NCBI RefSeq assembly: GCF_904830925.1
Contig: NZ_LR882967.1
Coordinates: 3,682,106 to 3,746,105, forward strand
DNA length: 64,000 bases
Direction of reading: 5' to 3'
Source of the DNA: Planktothrix pseudagardhii
Lineage (GTDB): Bacteria; Cyanobacteriota; Cyanobacteriia; Cyanobacteriales; Microcoleaceae
Shown one piece after another: positions 8,379 through 18,462 of this stretch; within the stretch, counting starts at the first letter, position 1; every line of letters begins with the position of its first letter. The notes beneath the pieces were generated by a model that saw only the letters and a list, made by a program, of their open reading frames with translations, was not told the DNA's origin and searched no databases. The position numbers were made by a program, and so were the translations under genes.

Positions 8379-10748
8379 ATGAAAATTTTGTTGATCGAAG
8401 ATGATCCAATTTTTGCATCAATGTTGGTACAATCTTTAACCAACCAGCGTTATATTGTCGATCAAGCTGAAGATGGTCAAATGGGGTGGGAATATGCTCA
8501 AAGTACCACTTATAACTTAATTGTCATTGATGTAGGATTACCTAAATTAGACGGTATTACGCTGTGTCAAAAATTACGTTATCAAGGCAGTACCATCCCG
8601 ATTTTATTAATAACCGCTAAAGACGGAACAAGCGAGCGCATCCGAGGTTTAGATGCGGGTGCTGATGATTATTTGATTAAACCGATTGATATTGCCGAAT
8701 TTCAAGCGAGAGTTCGGGCATTATTACGACGAGGTGAAGTTTCCCATTCTTCCATCTTAGAAATTGGAAATTTACAACTAAATCCGGTAACTTGTCAAGT
8801 TCATTATGCCCATCAACCCATTACCTTGACCCCCAAAGAATATAGTTTATTAGAATTATTAATGCGAAACCCCGCACGGGTTTTTAGTCGGGCTGAACTG
8901 ATTGAATATTTGTGGAGTTTTGATGATCCACCCCAAGAAGAAAGCGTTAAAGCTCATATTAAAGGACTGAGACAAAAATTAAAAGCCGTTGGTGCGGCGG
9001 AGTGGATTGAAAATGTTTATGGGTTGGGTTATCGTCTCAGTGCAAAACTCCAAACAACGCCCTCTGTTTCTGCTGATTCTCCTCAGCCCACAATCGAAAT
9101 TTCCCTAGAACAACAGTTTAACCAAGCTAAAGAAAAACTCTGGAATCAATATCAAGATTTATTAATAGAACGGTTAGCGATTTTACAACATTTAGCGATC
9201 GCCTTAACCACAAACACTCTGCTTCCTTCCCTGCGTAACGCCGCCGAACAAGCCGCCCATAAATTAGCCGGAGTTCTAGCCATGTTTGACCTAGAACAAG
9301 GGACAGAAATTGCTAAAAAAATTGAACAGAATTTAGAAGGAGATCAGGCCCTAACCTTTGAGCAAATCCAACTGTTACAATCCTATATTCACGAATTAGA
9401 ACAGTTACTTCCTCACTCAATGTCTGAAACCGATCAATCTCCTCTGCCTTTCCCGACCTCAACCCCCCCAAATTTGGAAATAAATCTTTCCCCCAATGTG
9501 AGTTCCTTACCTGAATATTCAGTTTCCGAGATTTCCCCTCGCCTGTTATTAATTGATTCCGATCCCGAATTCGGAAAAGCTCTGCAATCTTTAGCAGATT
9601 CTATGGGGTTAGCTTGGCAACAAATCCCCACCTTAGCAGAAGCAAAAACTTGGTTAAACCTCAATACTCCAGAGGTTGTTGTTTTCAATGACTATCCTGA
9701 TATTAAAACCGAAGACCGATCCCAACTCATTATAGATTTAGCCAAACGCACTCCTCCCATTCCCGTCTTAGTCCTAACCTCCACAGAAGGTTTAATGGAT
9801 CGAGTCACAGTAGCTCGTGCAGGGGGTCGCAGAATCTTCATTAAACCTGTGACCCCAACCCAAATTTGGGAAGCCACCAGCCAACTCTTACAAGCCTCTC
9901 CGCACTCCAAAGTCAATGTTTTGGTTGTCGATGACGACCCCTTATTTTTAGCCACCTTGCGTCCCGTTTTAGAGCCTTGGAGGATAAGAATGACGGGACT
10001 CAGCGACCCCCTGCGGTTTTGGGAGGTTTTGAAATCTGTCTCACCGGATTTATTAATTTTAGATGTGGAAATGTCCCCGGTTAGTGGGATCGAACTTTGC
10101 CAAACCGTTCGGGCTGATCCCCATTGGCAAGGATTACCCATTGTGTTTCTCACGGCTCATTGTGATAGTAAAACCATTCAACAGGTATTTGCGGCGGGTG
10201 CGGATGATTATGTCAGCAAACCCGTCATGGGGCCAGAACTATTAACTCGCATTACTAACCGTTTAGAACGGACTCGATTATTACAAACATTATCTACAAA
10301 AGATCCGATTACAGGGTTAGCAAATTATCTCCAGTCTAGCCAAGAATTAGAACAACAAATCCAGAAGTGTCAACAATTAGAACAACCGTTTTCTTTGGGA
10401 GTATTAACTTTTAGTCAACTGCATAACATTAATCTTGAATATGGGCATTTGATTAGCTATCAAGTTTTGCAACGGTGGGGGCGTTTATTTCAAGGAATGA
10501 CTACGGTTGGAGTTGAAACGATTGGATATTGGGGAAATGGGGAATTTGTGGTGGGAATGCCGGGGTTAACTCAAGCAGAAGCTCAGGAACACCTATCTGA
10601 TGTCTTGATTTCTCTTCGACAGCAGGTGTTTACTACTTTGGAAGGACAACGGTTTCAGGTCGTTTGTGAGGTAAAAATTACAGAATTTCCTACCCAGGGA
10701 CAAACATTACAACAATTATATCAACAGGTTCATCATCGTAATGGATAG
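8379..10748 (+). CDS. multidomain response regulator: REC + OmpR-type winged helix + HPt + pseudo-REC + REC + degenerate GGDEF
   Basis: 789 aa. N-terminal REC (phospho-acceptor D in IVIDVGLP) and wHTH (trans_reg_C). An HPt-like helix with AHKLAG. A second receiver lacking the Asp (VVVFNDYPD). A third, canonical REC (LLILDVEM). A C-terminal GGDEF fold in which the active-site motif reads GNGEF. Confidence 0.8.
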   Translation: MKILLIEDDPIFASMLVQSLTNQRYIVDQAEDGQMGWEYAQSTTYNLIVIDVGLPKLDGITLCQKLRYQGSTIPILLITAKDGTSERIRGLDAGADDYLIKPIDIAEFQARVRALLRRGEVSHSSILEIGNLQLNPVTCQVHYAHQPITLTPKEYSLLELLMRNPARVFSRAELIEYLWSFDDPPQEESVKAHIKGLRQKLKAVGAAEWIENVYGLGYRLSAKLQTTPSVSADSPQPTIEISLEQQFNQAKEKLWNQYQDLLIERLAILQHLAIALTTNTLLPSLRNAAEQAAHKLAGVLAMFDLEQGTEIAKKIEQNLEGDQALTFEQIQLLQSYIHELEQLLPHSMSETDQSPLPFPTSTPPNLEINLSPNVSSLPEYSVSEISPRLLLIDSDPEFGKALQSLADSMGLAWQQIPTLAEAKTWLNLNTPEVVVFNDYPDIKTEDRSQLIIDLAKRTPPIPVLVLTSTEGLMDRVTVARAGGRRIFIKPVTPTQIWEATSQLLQASPHSKVNVLVVDDDPLFLATLRPVLEPWRIRMTGLSDPLRFWEVLKSVSPDLLILDVEMSPVSGIELCQTVRADPHWQGLPIVFLTAHCDSKTIQQVFAAGADDYVSKPVMGPELLTRITNRLERTRLLQTLSTKDPITGLANYLQSSQELEQQIQKCQQLEQPFSLGVLTFSQLHNINLEYGHLISYQVLQRWGRLFQGMTTVGVETIGYWGNGEFVVGMPGLTQAEAQEHLSDVLISLRQQVFTTLEGQRFQVVCEVKITEFPTQGQTLQQLYQQVHHRNG

Positions 10749-11475
10749 TCATTTATTGGCAACTTCATCAAATTTTCAGTTATCTTCTCAGAGTATTCAT
10801 GTTTGGCAAACAAACCTGAAGCGATCGCTTTCATCTCTGCAATTTTACCAAACTATTCTTTCTGCTGATGAAAAAAAACGGGCTGAACGCTTTAAATTTG
10901 AAAAAGATCAACAGGCCTTTATCATCGCACGGGGAACCCTAAGAATGATTTTAAGTCAGTATTTAACTTTGTCGCCAGAAGAGATTAAATTTAAGTATAG
11001 TTTCAAAGGAAAACCCTGTTTAGATCAAAATCCCTTACCGCTACATTTTAATTTATCTCATTCTTATGGAAAAGCTATTTATGCGATCGCCTTAGAAAAA
11101 AATATCGGTGTAGATATTGAATATATTCGTAAAATTGAAATCCTCTCTTTAGCAAAACGCTTTTTTTGTGATTCCGAATATCAATGGTTAAATTCTTTAC
11201 GGTTAGAAGAACAAGATGCTGCATTTTTTCAACTCTGGACGTGCAAAGAAGCTTATCTAAAATCAACAGGAGAAGGCTTAGTGGGGTTACAAGATATTGA
11301 AATTAAAACGCCTTTAAGTTCAGTCTTACAAATTTTAAAGATTTCCCAAAATTCAGAAATTGCCAAAAATTGGACATTAAAAACAATTCAAACCGCAGAA
11401 AACTATAGAGCAACTTTAGCCATTGAGGGAATAAATTATCAGTTTAAATTTTGGCAGTGGATAGATGAAGAATGA
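10741..11475 (+). CDS. Sfp/HetI-type 4'-phosphopantetheinyl transferase
   Basis: 244 aa; FNLSHS...GVDIE...W(T)xKEAxxK motifs of the PPTase superfamily; overlaps the preceding gene by 8 bp. Confidence 0.8.
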   Translation: MDSHLLATSSNFQLSSQSIHVWQTNLKRSLSSLQFYQTILSADEKKRAERFKFEKDQQAFIIARGTLRMILSQYLTLSPEEIKFKYSFKGKPCLDQNPLPLHFNLSHSYGKAIYAIALEKNIGVDIEYIRKIEILSLAKRFFCDSEYQWLNSLRLEEQDAAFFQLWTCKEAYLKSTGEGLVGLQDIEIKTPLSSVLQILKISQNSEIAKNWTLKTIQTAENYRATLAIEGINYQFKFWQWIDEE

Positions 11476-11605
11476 CTTAATCATATGATAGCAAAAGGTT
11501 GATTACAATTGATTTGAGCTATGTTAATATTACAAGGAGATATAGCAATCAAAAATTAGGTTTTAATCATTTACAACTAACATAAAACAGCCAGAAGTAT
11601 TATCT

Positions 11606-11699
11606 CTGTTCCCTATTCCCTATTCCCTATTCCCTATTCCCTATTCCCCATTCGTAATTCGTAATTCGTAATTCGTAACTCCCTGTTCCCTGTTCCCTA
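11606..11699. repeat. compound heptamer tandem repeats (TATTCCC x5, ATTCGTA x4, TGTTCCC x2)
   Basis: direct reading; intergenic. Confidence 0.9.
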
Positions 11700-11707
11700 T
11701 AAAGGAA

Positions 11708-14440
11708 TTAATTTTGATCAAGCGTAAAATTTTTGTATTGTTGAATCGGAATCTCAATCATAAACTCTGAGCCTTCTCTAACTTGAGACGAACACTTTAA
11801 TTGACCGTGATGTCTTTCCACAACAATTTGATAGCTAATAGCTAATCCTAAACCCGTCCCTTTCCCGACAGGTTTTGTTGTAAAGAAGGGATCAAATAAT
11901 TTATTTTGAACCGCTTCCGTCATTCCCATCCCATTATCAATAATACGGATAATAACCTGTTCATTTTGAAGGATTTCAGTGGTAATAGTAATCCTAGGTT
12001 GCCAAGAATTTAAGGAATTACAAGGGATCTCCTCCTGAGAAGATTGAGAAAAAAGAGCCTCATCCCGTTCTAGTCTGCGCTCATGAACCGCATCAATCGC
12101 ATTCGTTAGTAAATTCATAAAAACTTGATTAATTTGACCTGCATAACATTCAACTAAGGGTAAATCACCATAATTTTTTATCACCTGAATCATTTCTTTT
12201 CCCCCTGCTTCTGATAAGCGATTTTGGAGAATTAATAATGTATTTTCTAAACCTTCATGCAAATTCACCTTTTTCACAGAAGATTCATCTAAACGAGAAA
12301 AATTGCGTAAGGATAAAACAATTTGTTGAATGCGACTCGCCCCTGCTTTCATCGAACTTAAGAGTTTGGGTAAATCCCGTTTTAAAAAATCTAAATCAAC
12401 CGTTTCCGTCACCTCTTGAATAGCAGGAACAGGTTCAGAATGATGCTGTTGATAAAGTTCAATTAAACTTAATAAATCCTCCATGTATTGGGTGGCATAA
12501 TCCACATTTCCGTAAATAAAATTAATCGGATTATTGATTTCATGGGCCACACCCGCCACCAACTGACCTAAAGAAGACATCTTTTCCGTTTGAATTAAAT
12601 GGGCTTGAGTTTGTTGTAATTTCTTTAACGTTGTTTCTAATTCTAAGGTTTGAGCTTTTGCTAACGTCGCCGCTTCACGGGTTTGGTTATAGAGTTGGGC
12701 TTGATTAATTGCGATCGCCACTTGCGCCGTTACAGCCTGTAATAATTCCACTTCAGAATCAGTCCAGCATCGAGGTTCCTGATGATTAGCACAGACTAAA
12801 ACCCCAATTTCTCCCATTTGGGTTTGAATAGGAAGAGACAGAACAGACACAAATCCAAACTGAAGTAAACAGGATTTTTCTTGAGAATCAGGAAGATTAA
12901 CAACATGATTAATTCGTCCTATGTTTAAATCTAAATATTGCTGTGACCAAACCCCAACTTCTTCTAAAGAATAGCGACCAACAATATGGGCAAAAGCCGG
13001 ATCTTTAGCTTCCGTTACAATTTCCCAATAAGCCGGAGTAAAATAGGGTTTAGACGGATTAGAGTAAACGGAATTAAAATTCATTTCTTCCCGGCGATAC
13101 CAACAAAAATAGCAGCGATCAACCTTCATTAACTCCCAAACTTGCAAAACGGTTGTTTCTAAAATTGTTTTCAAATCTAAAGAATTACGAATTTGGTTAG
13201 CTAAATGATTAATTAATTTTTCCTGTTGAGCCAATTGTCGGAACCGAACTTCCGATTGTGCTAATAATTCTTCCGCAACTTTTCGTTCTGTAATATCTTC
13301 ATAAGTTCCTAAAATTCCCACCACATTACCCTCTGGATCATGCAGAGGAATTTTATTAGTTTCTATCCAACATTGTTCGCCATTGGCATTCAATAAAGTT
13401 TCGATAATCCGATAACGGGGGGCATTAGCTGCCATGACTTCTTGATCAATTTTTCGATAATATTCAACTTCAGCTAAAGTCCAAGGTAAATCATAATCCG
13501 TTTTTCCAATTAAGTCTTGAGGAGAATTAAACCCCGCATCTAAAGCGACCTGTAAATTGCACCCTTGATAAACTGAATTTCGATCTTTCCAAAAAATCCG
13601 TTGCGGGATCGTATTCATAATTAACTTTAACATTTGTTGGGATTGTTCTAGTGCTTCCTCTACTTTTTTGCGATCATTAATATCAGTCAGTGTACCAATA
13701 TATCCCGTTACCTTCCCGAACGGATCTTTGATCGGAACCGCTTGACCTAAGACCCAAACCCCACTTTGATCTAATGAGTTTAAACGATATTCTGAAGAAA
13801 AAGGGCGTTGATTTTGAATCGCATTTGACCATTCTTGAATTAACCGTTCTCGATCATCAACATAAATGCTATCAACCCAACCTCTATTTAACGCATCTGA
13901 AGGTTGCTGTCCCGTAATTCGACATCCATATTCATTCACATATAAACAGTGTCCCGTTACATCCGTTTCAAACAAACCCACTGGACAAGCTTGCATTAAA
14001 GATTGATAACGCTGTTGGGTTGTTGTTAACGCTTGGTTGATGGCTTCAAGCTCTTTAGGCGTGCGAAGTTGTAATAATTTGGGAACTAAAGGAATAATTG
14101 TACAAGATGTAAAAATTGAAATTAAAGCCGTGATTGCCTTCAATCCTCCTGATAACCAATATAGAGGATACCAAAGGGTAAAAATCGCCATTAAATGGTT
14201 GAGTCCACAGGCAAAAATAAAGGCACTAAATAGGATAAAAACTTGAGGGTAGGGTAAATCTTGACGCTGGCGAACAAAATAAATTAATGAAATTGGGATG
14301 GAAAAATAAGCCAACGCAATCAACAAATCTGAAACAAGATGAAGCCCCATTAATTGAGATTGCCAAAGGTAGCAGGAACCATGAGGCATCCATGAAGCCA
14401 TTGCAACCAGTTTTTGTGAAATTATCCAGGTCAAGTTCAT
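11708..14440 (-). CDS. membrane-anchored multi-sensor histidine kinase (TM region, 2 PAS, GAF, HisKA, HATPase_c)
   Basis: 910 aa; N-terminal 4-5 TM helices; PAS-like repeats with TERK linkers; GAF; H-box AHEINNP; G1/G2 boxes (DNGMGM, GTGLGL). Confidence 0.85.
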   Translation of the reverse strand: MNLTWIISQKLVAMASWMPHGSCYLWQSQLMGLHLVSDLLIALAYFSIPISLIYFVRQRQDLPYPQVFILFSAFIFACGLNHLMAIFTLWYPLYWLSGGLKAITALISIFTSCTIIPLVPKLLQLRTPKELEAINQALTTTQQRYQSLMQACPVGLFETDVTGHCLYVNEYGCRITGQQPSDALNRGWVDSIYVDDRERLIQEWSNAIQNQRPFSSEYRLNSLDQSGVWVLGQAVPIKDPFGKVTGYIGTLTDINDRKKVEEALEQSQQMLKLIMNTIPQRIFWKDRNSVYQGCNLQVALDAGFNSPQDLIGKTDYDLPWTLAEVEYYRKIDQEVMAANAPRYRIIETLLNANGEQCWIETNKIPLHDPEGNVVGILGTYEDITERKVAEELLAQSEVRFRQLAQQEKLINHLANQIRNSLDLKTILETTVLQVWELMKVDRCYFCWYRREEMNFNSVYSNPSKPYFTPAYWEIVTEAKDPAFAHIVGRYSLEEVGVWSQQYLDLNIGRINHVVNLPDSQEKSCLLQFGFVSVLSLPIQTQMGEIGVLVCANHQEPRCWTDSEVELLQAVTAQVAIAINQAQLYNQTREAATLAKAQTLELETTLKKLQQTQAHLIQTEKMSSLGQLVAGVAHEINNPINFIYGNVDYATQYMEDLLSLIELYQQHHSEPVPAIQEVTETVDLDFLKRDLPKLLSSMKAGASRIQQIVLSLRNFSRLDESSVKKVNLHEGLENTLLILQNRLSEAGGKEMIQVIKNYGDLPLVECYAGQINQVFMNLLTNAIDAVHERRLERDEALFSQSSQEEIPCNSLNSWQPRITITTEILQNEQVIIRIIDNGMGMTEAVQNKLFDPFFTTKPVGKGTGLGLAISYQIVVERHHGQLKCSSQVREGSEFMIEIPIQQYKNFTLDQN

Positions 14441-14626
14441 GACGGTTTAAAAAATTTATTTAAGGAGAAAGGCAGAATAAAATATCGATAATGACCTCAA
14501 AGAAAACGACCCTTAATAATTGATAATAACCTCAACAGTACAGGGGAATTATACTGCACAGAGCAAAAATCCCCTTTAGCCTCTATAATTATAAGTTTGA
14601 TACAAAACCCCGATTTAGGCTTTAGT

Positions 14627-16264
14627 ATGACTACAGAAATCCAAACTGAAATTCAAGCGGAGGTTGAGCGACGTCGTAACTTTGCGATTATTTCTCACCC
14701 TGATGCTGGAAAAACGACCCTGACTGAAAAATTACTCCTCTACGGAGGTGCAATCCATGAAGCAGGTGCTGTTAAAGTACGGAAGGCTCAACGTCATGCA
14801 ACATCAGACTGGATGGCAATGGAGCAACAACGGGGAATTTCGATTACCTCAACAGTTTTGCAGTTCGAGTATAACAATTGTCAGATTAATCTGCTAGATA
14901 CACCCGGACACCAAGATTTTAGTGAAGATACCTATCGGACTTTAGCAGCCGCCGATAATGCCGTGATGTTAGAAGATGCGGCGAAGGGATTAGAACCGCA
15001 AACTCGCAAACTTTTTGAAGTTTGTAAAATGCGAAGTCTGCCTATTTTTACATTTATTAATAAAATGGATCGTCCGGGTCGAGAACCCTTAGAATTACTG
15101 GATGAAATCGAAAAAGAATTAGGGTTAAAAACCTATCCGGTAAATTGGCCAATTGGCATGGGTGATCGCTTTAAAGGGGTGTATGATCGGCGTAAAAAAC
15201 AAATTCATTTATTTGAACGCAGTGCTCACGGAAGTCGAGAAGCGTTAGATACGGTTTTAGATTTAGGTGATCCCCGGATTGAGGAATTCTTAGAGCAGGA
15301 TCTATATTATCAGTTGAAAGAAGAGTTAGAACTTCTCGAAGAAGTCGGTTCAGAATTGAATTTTGATGAAATTCATTCGGGAAAAATGACCCCGGTTTTC
15401 TTCGGAAGTGCCATGACTAATTTTGGGGTTAAATTATTCTTAGATTCCTTCTTAGATTATGCCTTAAAACCGGGTTCTCACCTCAGTACCTTGGGGGATA
15501 TGCCACCGGAATATCCTGAGTTTACAGGCTTTGTGTTTAAACTCCAAGCGAATATGGATGCCAAGCATCGAGATCGAGTGGCTTTTGTGCGCGTTTGTAC
15601 CGGAAAATTTGAAAAAGATATGACGGTTAATCATGCTCGCACGGGAAAAGTGATCCGTCTTTCTCGTCCCCAAAAATTATTTGCTCAAGAACGACAATCG
15701 ATTGAAATTGCTTATCCGGGAGATGTAATTGGATTAAATAATCCAGGGGTTTTTGCCATTGGGGATACGATTTATATGGGCAAAAAATTAGAATATGAAG
15801 GAATTCCCTGTTTCAGCCCGGAATTATTTGCCTATTTAAAAAATCCGAATCCTTCTAAGTTTAAACAATTCCATAAAGGGGTTTCGGAATTGCGAGAAGA
15901 AGGGGCGGTACAAATTATGTTTTCCGCCGATGAATCGAAACGTGACCCGATTTTAGCCGCCGTAGGTCAACTGCAATTTGAAGTAGTTCAGTTTCGATTG
16001 CAAAATGAATACGGTGCTGAAACTTTATTAGATCCCTTACCTTATAGTGTGGCTCGTTGGGTAACAGGGGGTTGGGATGCTTTAAATCAAGTCGGACGGA
16101 TTTTTAATGCAGCCGTAGTTAAAGATAGTTGGAATCGTCCCGTTTTATTGTTTAAAAATGACTGGAATTGTCGTCAAGCGGAAGGGGATCATCCTGAGTT
16201 AAAACTCAGTTCTATTGCTCCGGTTGTTTCCGTTCAAAATTCTTCATCTGGGGAGGAGGAATAA
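14627..16264 (+). CDS. prfC: peptide chain release factor 3
   Basis: translational GTPase G-domain ([17 protein letters not shown]) with RF3-specific C-terminus; start chosen at MTTEIQ (ORF opens at 14597). Confidence 0.9.
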   Translation: MTTEIQTEIQAEVERRRNFAIISHPDAGKTTLTEKLLLYGGAIHEAGAVKVRKAQRHATSDWMAMEQQRGISITSTVLQFEYNNCQINLLDTPGHQDFSEDTYRTLAAADNAVMLEDAAKGLEPQTRKLFEVCKMRSLPIFTFINKMDRPGREPLELLDEIEKELGLKTYPVNWPIGMGDRFKGVYDRRKKQIHLFERSAHGSREALDTVLDLGDPRIEEFLEQDLYYQLKEELELLEEVGSELNFDEIHSGKMTPVFFGSAMTNFGVKLFLDSFLDYALKPGSHLSTLGDMPPEYPEFTGFVFKLQANMDAKHRDRVAFVRVCTGKFEKDMTVNHARTGKVIRLSRPQKLFAQERQSIEIAYPGDVIGLNNPGVFAIGDTIYMGKKLEYEGIPCFSPELFAYLKNPNPSKFKQFHKGVSELREEGAVQIMFSADESKRDPILAAVGQLQFEVVQFRLQNEYGAETLLDPLPYSVARWVTGGWDALNQVGRIFNAAVVKDSWNRPVLLFKNDWNCRQAEGDHPELKLSSIAPVVSVQNSSSGEEE

Positions 16265-16278
16265 AGGTTAAATCAACA

Positions 16279-16308
16279 AGCGATAGGTAATGACCCATAC
16301 CTATCGCT
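16279..16308. terminator. bidirectional hairpin between convergent prfC and the CDF transporter gene
   Basis: AGCGATAGGTA...TACCTATCGCT perfect 11-bp stem. Confidence 0.5.
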
Positions 16309-16325
16309 CTTACGGGGATGTTAAG

Positions 16326-17234
16326 TTATAGGTCTCGCTCTAGTTGTTGGTCTTGCCATGAAATGGGGTCTTCCAACGGTTCTAAGTGAGTGAAAACATA
16401 AGTTCCCGGCAACGAGCGCCCAATTGCCAGTTCAATCTCTTCACAAATATTATGTCCCTGTTGAACTGTCCAAGCACCTGGTACTAACACATGAAGGGAG
16501 ACAAAACGACGAGAACCTGCTACCCGTGTTCTGAGGGCGTGGAACTGAACACCTTGAGCATCGTAACGCGCTAAAATATCTGTGATCAGGCGACGTTCTG
16601 CTACAGGCATTGCGGTGTCGAGCAGTCCCAAACCCGTCTCGTGTAGTAACCTGAAACCCGCCCAAACGATATTAGCAGCAACGATAAAAGCAATAATCGG
16701 ATCAAGAATCAACCATTGAGTAATGGGGACTAGAATTAATCCCAATACAACCCCTACGGAAGTCCAGACATCGGTAAGCAGGTGATGAGCATCCGCGCGC
16801 AATGTAATTGAACGTAATCGCTTACTCGCTCTCAACATCACCAAAGCTAATCCACCATTGATGGCAGCCGCGACCAGAGATAATCCGAGTCCAATTCCCA
16901 ATTGCTCCAAGGGTTGAGGATGAAGCAAGCGTTGCCAAGCTGCGAAGGCAATACTACCTGCGGCGACTAGAATTAATGCACCTTCAACTCCACTGGAAAA
17001 ATATTCGGCTTTGTAATGTCCGAAGGTATGTTTTTCATCGGGTGGTTTGGCTGCATAAGTAACAGCCCAGGTTGCAATAATAGCGGCGACTAAATTCACA
17101 CAGGATTCTGCCGCATCCGATAATAAGCCAACAGAACCCGTGAGTAAGTAAGCTCCCGTTTTCAGGGCGATGGTTAGGAGTGCTGCTCCAATGGACAGAA
17201 ACGTGTAGAAACGGGCAGATTTATTATTGTTCAT
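16326..17234 (-). CDS. cation diffusion facilitator family metal efflux transporter
   Basis: 302 aa; six TM helices with the HxxxD metal sites of CDF (CzcD/ZitB-like) and a cytoplasmic C-terminal domain. Confidence 0.85.
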   Translation of the reverse strand: MNNNKSARFYTFLSIGAALLTIALKTGAYLLTGSVGLLSDAAESCVNLVAAIIATWAVTYAAKPPDEKHTFGHYKAEYFSSGVEGALILVAAGSIAFAAWQRLLHPQPLEQLGIGLGLSLVAAAINGGLALVMLRASKRLRSITLRADAHHLLTDVWTSVGVVLGLILVPITQWLILDPIIAFIVAANIVWAGFRLLHETGLGLLDTAMPVAERRLITDILARYDAQGVQFHALRTRVAGSRRFVSLHVLVPGAWTVQQGHNICEEIELAIGRSLPGTYVFTHLEPLEDPISWQDQQLERDL

Positions 17235-17487
17235 AGTAAATTTTTCTGATATGACAGGCGAGTGCTCTCAATTGTTTAAGGGATTCAGTCATGTTTGATG
17301 GCGGTTTTTGGAATTATATCCGGTCATTTTTCCTGATTTTGAAGCGTTCGCTGATTGCTCATCGGGTTGCTTTATTAATTTTGTTGGTTGGAGTCTTTTT
17401 TCCGTTACAAATCTTTGGAGAATTAGCTGAGGAAGTTTGGGAAAACGAAGGGGGCTTTTCGTGGGATGTACCCACGCTTCTAGCGAT

Positions 17488-18171
17488 TCACTCTAAAATA
17501 GGTGCGACCCAAAATAACCATAATTGTTGGATTGCCCAACCGCCAATAAACAATGCAGGGCCGGTGCTACGGGCTGGATTTACAGATACATTGGTGACGG
17601 GAATTCCGATTAAGTGAATTAAGGTTAATCCTAAACCAATAGCAATGGGGGCAAAGCCTTGAGGGGCGCGGCGATCGGTTGATCCCATAATCACCATCAA
17701 GAACATAAATGTCAACACAAATTCATGCAATAGGGCTGAAAATAACCCGTAACCGCCGGGAGAATGGTCTCCATATCCATTGGTTGCAAAGGGGTTAGAG
17801 CCACTCTTAAAGGCTGCTGCATCAAATCCCGCTTTGCCACTCACGATTAGATAAAGCACTAAAGAGGCTACAATTGCACCCGCAACTTGAGAGCCAATAT
17901 AAAAGGCTAACTCTTGCCCTCCAGAGAAGCGTTTACCCGCCCATAATCCGAAGGAAACCGCAGGGTTGAGATGGCAACCGGAAATATGACCAATGGCATA
18001 GGCCATCGTTAAAACGGTTAAACCAAACGCAAAGGCAACCCCGGTAAATCCAATACCAAGCGGATTAGTTACGTCTGGAAATTGAGCCGCAAAAACAGCA
18101 GATCCACACCCTCCAAAAACGAGCCAAAATGTTCCGATAAACTCGGCAAGACATCGCTTAGTGATCGGCAT
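17488..18171 (-). CDS. aqpZ: aquaporin Z (MIP family water channel)
   Basis: 227 aa; two NPA boxes ([14 protein letters not shown]); N-terminus [18 protein letters not shown] nearly identical to AqpZ. Confidence 0.85.
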   Translation of the reverse strand: MPITKRCLAEFIGTFWLVFGGCGSAVFAAQFPDVTNPLGIGFTGVAFAFGLTVLTMAYAIGHISGCHLNPAVSFGLWAGKRFSGGQELAFYIGSQVAGAIVASLVLYLIVSGKAGFDAAAFKSGSNPFATNGYGDHSPGGYGLFSALLHEFVLTFMFLMVIMGSTDRRAPQGFAPIAIGLGLTLIHLIGIPVTNVSVNPARSTGPALFIGGWAIQQLWLFWVAPILE

Positions 18172-18462
18172 TATTAAACCTCTTAGAATACAACCTAGTT
18201 AAAAGATCTGCCTTTTGGCAGATAACTTTCCCCTGAAACCTACCATAAGATTGAAATATTTTGGTGCTATATGTAGCAAAATCAGAAAAAATTAATAAAA
18301 CAATAAATAAATTTTAAAGAAAATATGAAAAAATTCTTATTCTTCCAAAAAAGCGGTTATTATTACCTGTTTTATCTCCAATAAATTTTTCAAGTTTGAA
18401 GGGGAGTATAAGTCTAGCTTACACACCCCCAATAAAATTAGAGCTAAATTTTACCGAATCTC

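Noticed and set aside
9434-10245. ORFs 9434-9688(-), 9692-10153(-) and 10063-10245(+) inside the response-regulator gene
   Set aside because: Embedded or antisense ORFs with low-complexity translations; the host gene has a coherent domain architecture.
11075-15673. Short ORFs 11075-11266(-), 12238-12423(+), 14037-14246(+) and 15464-15673(-)
   Set aside because: All lie within or antisense to the PPTase, histidine kinase and prfC genes.
16450-16665. ORF 16450-16665(-), alternate frame inside the CDF transporter gene
   Set aside because: Same-strand overlapping frame with a Cys/Ser/Arg-rich, non-protein-like composition.
17291-17617. 108-aa ORF on the plus strand overlapping the aqpZ 3' region
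   Set aside because: Overlaps the well-supported aqpZ gene in antisense over its last third; the remaining part is hydrophobic but has no RBS; probably spurious.
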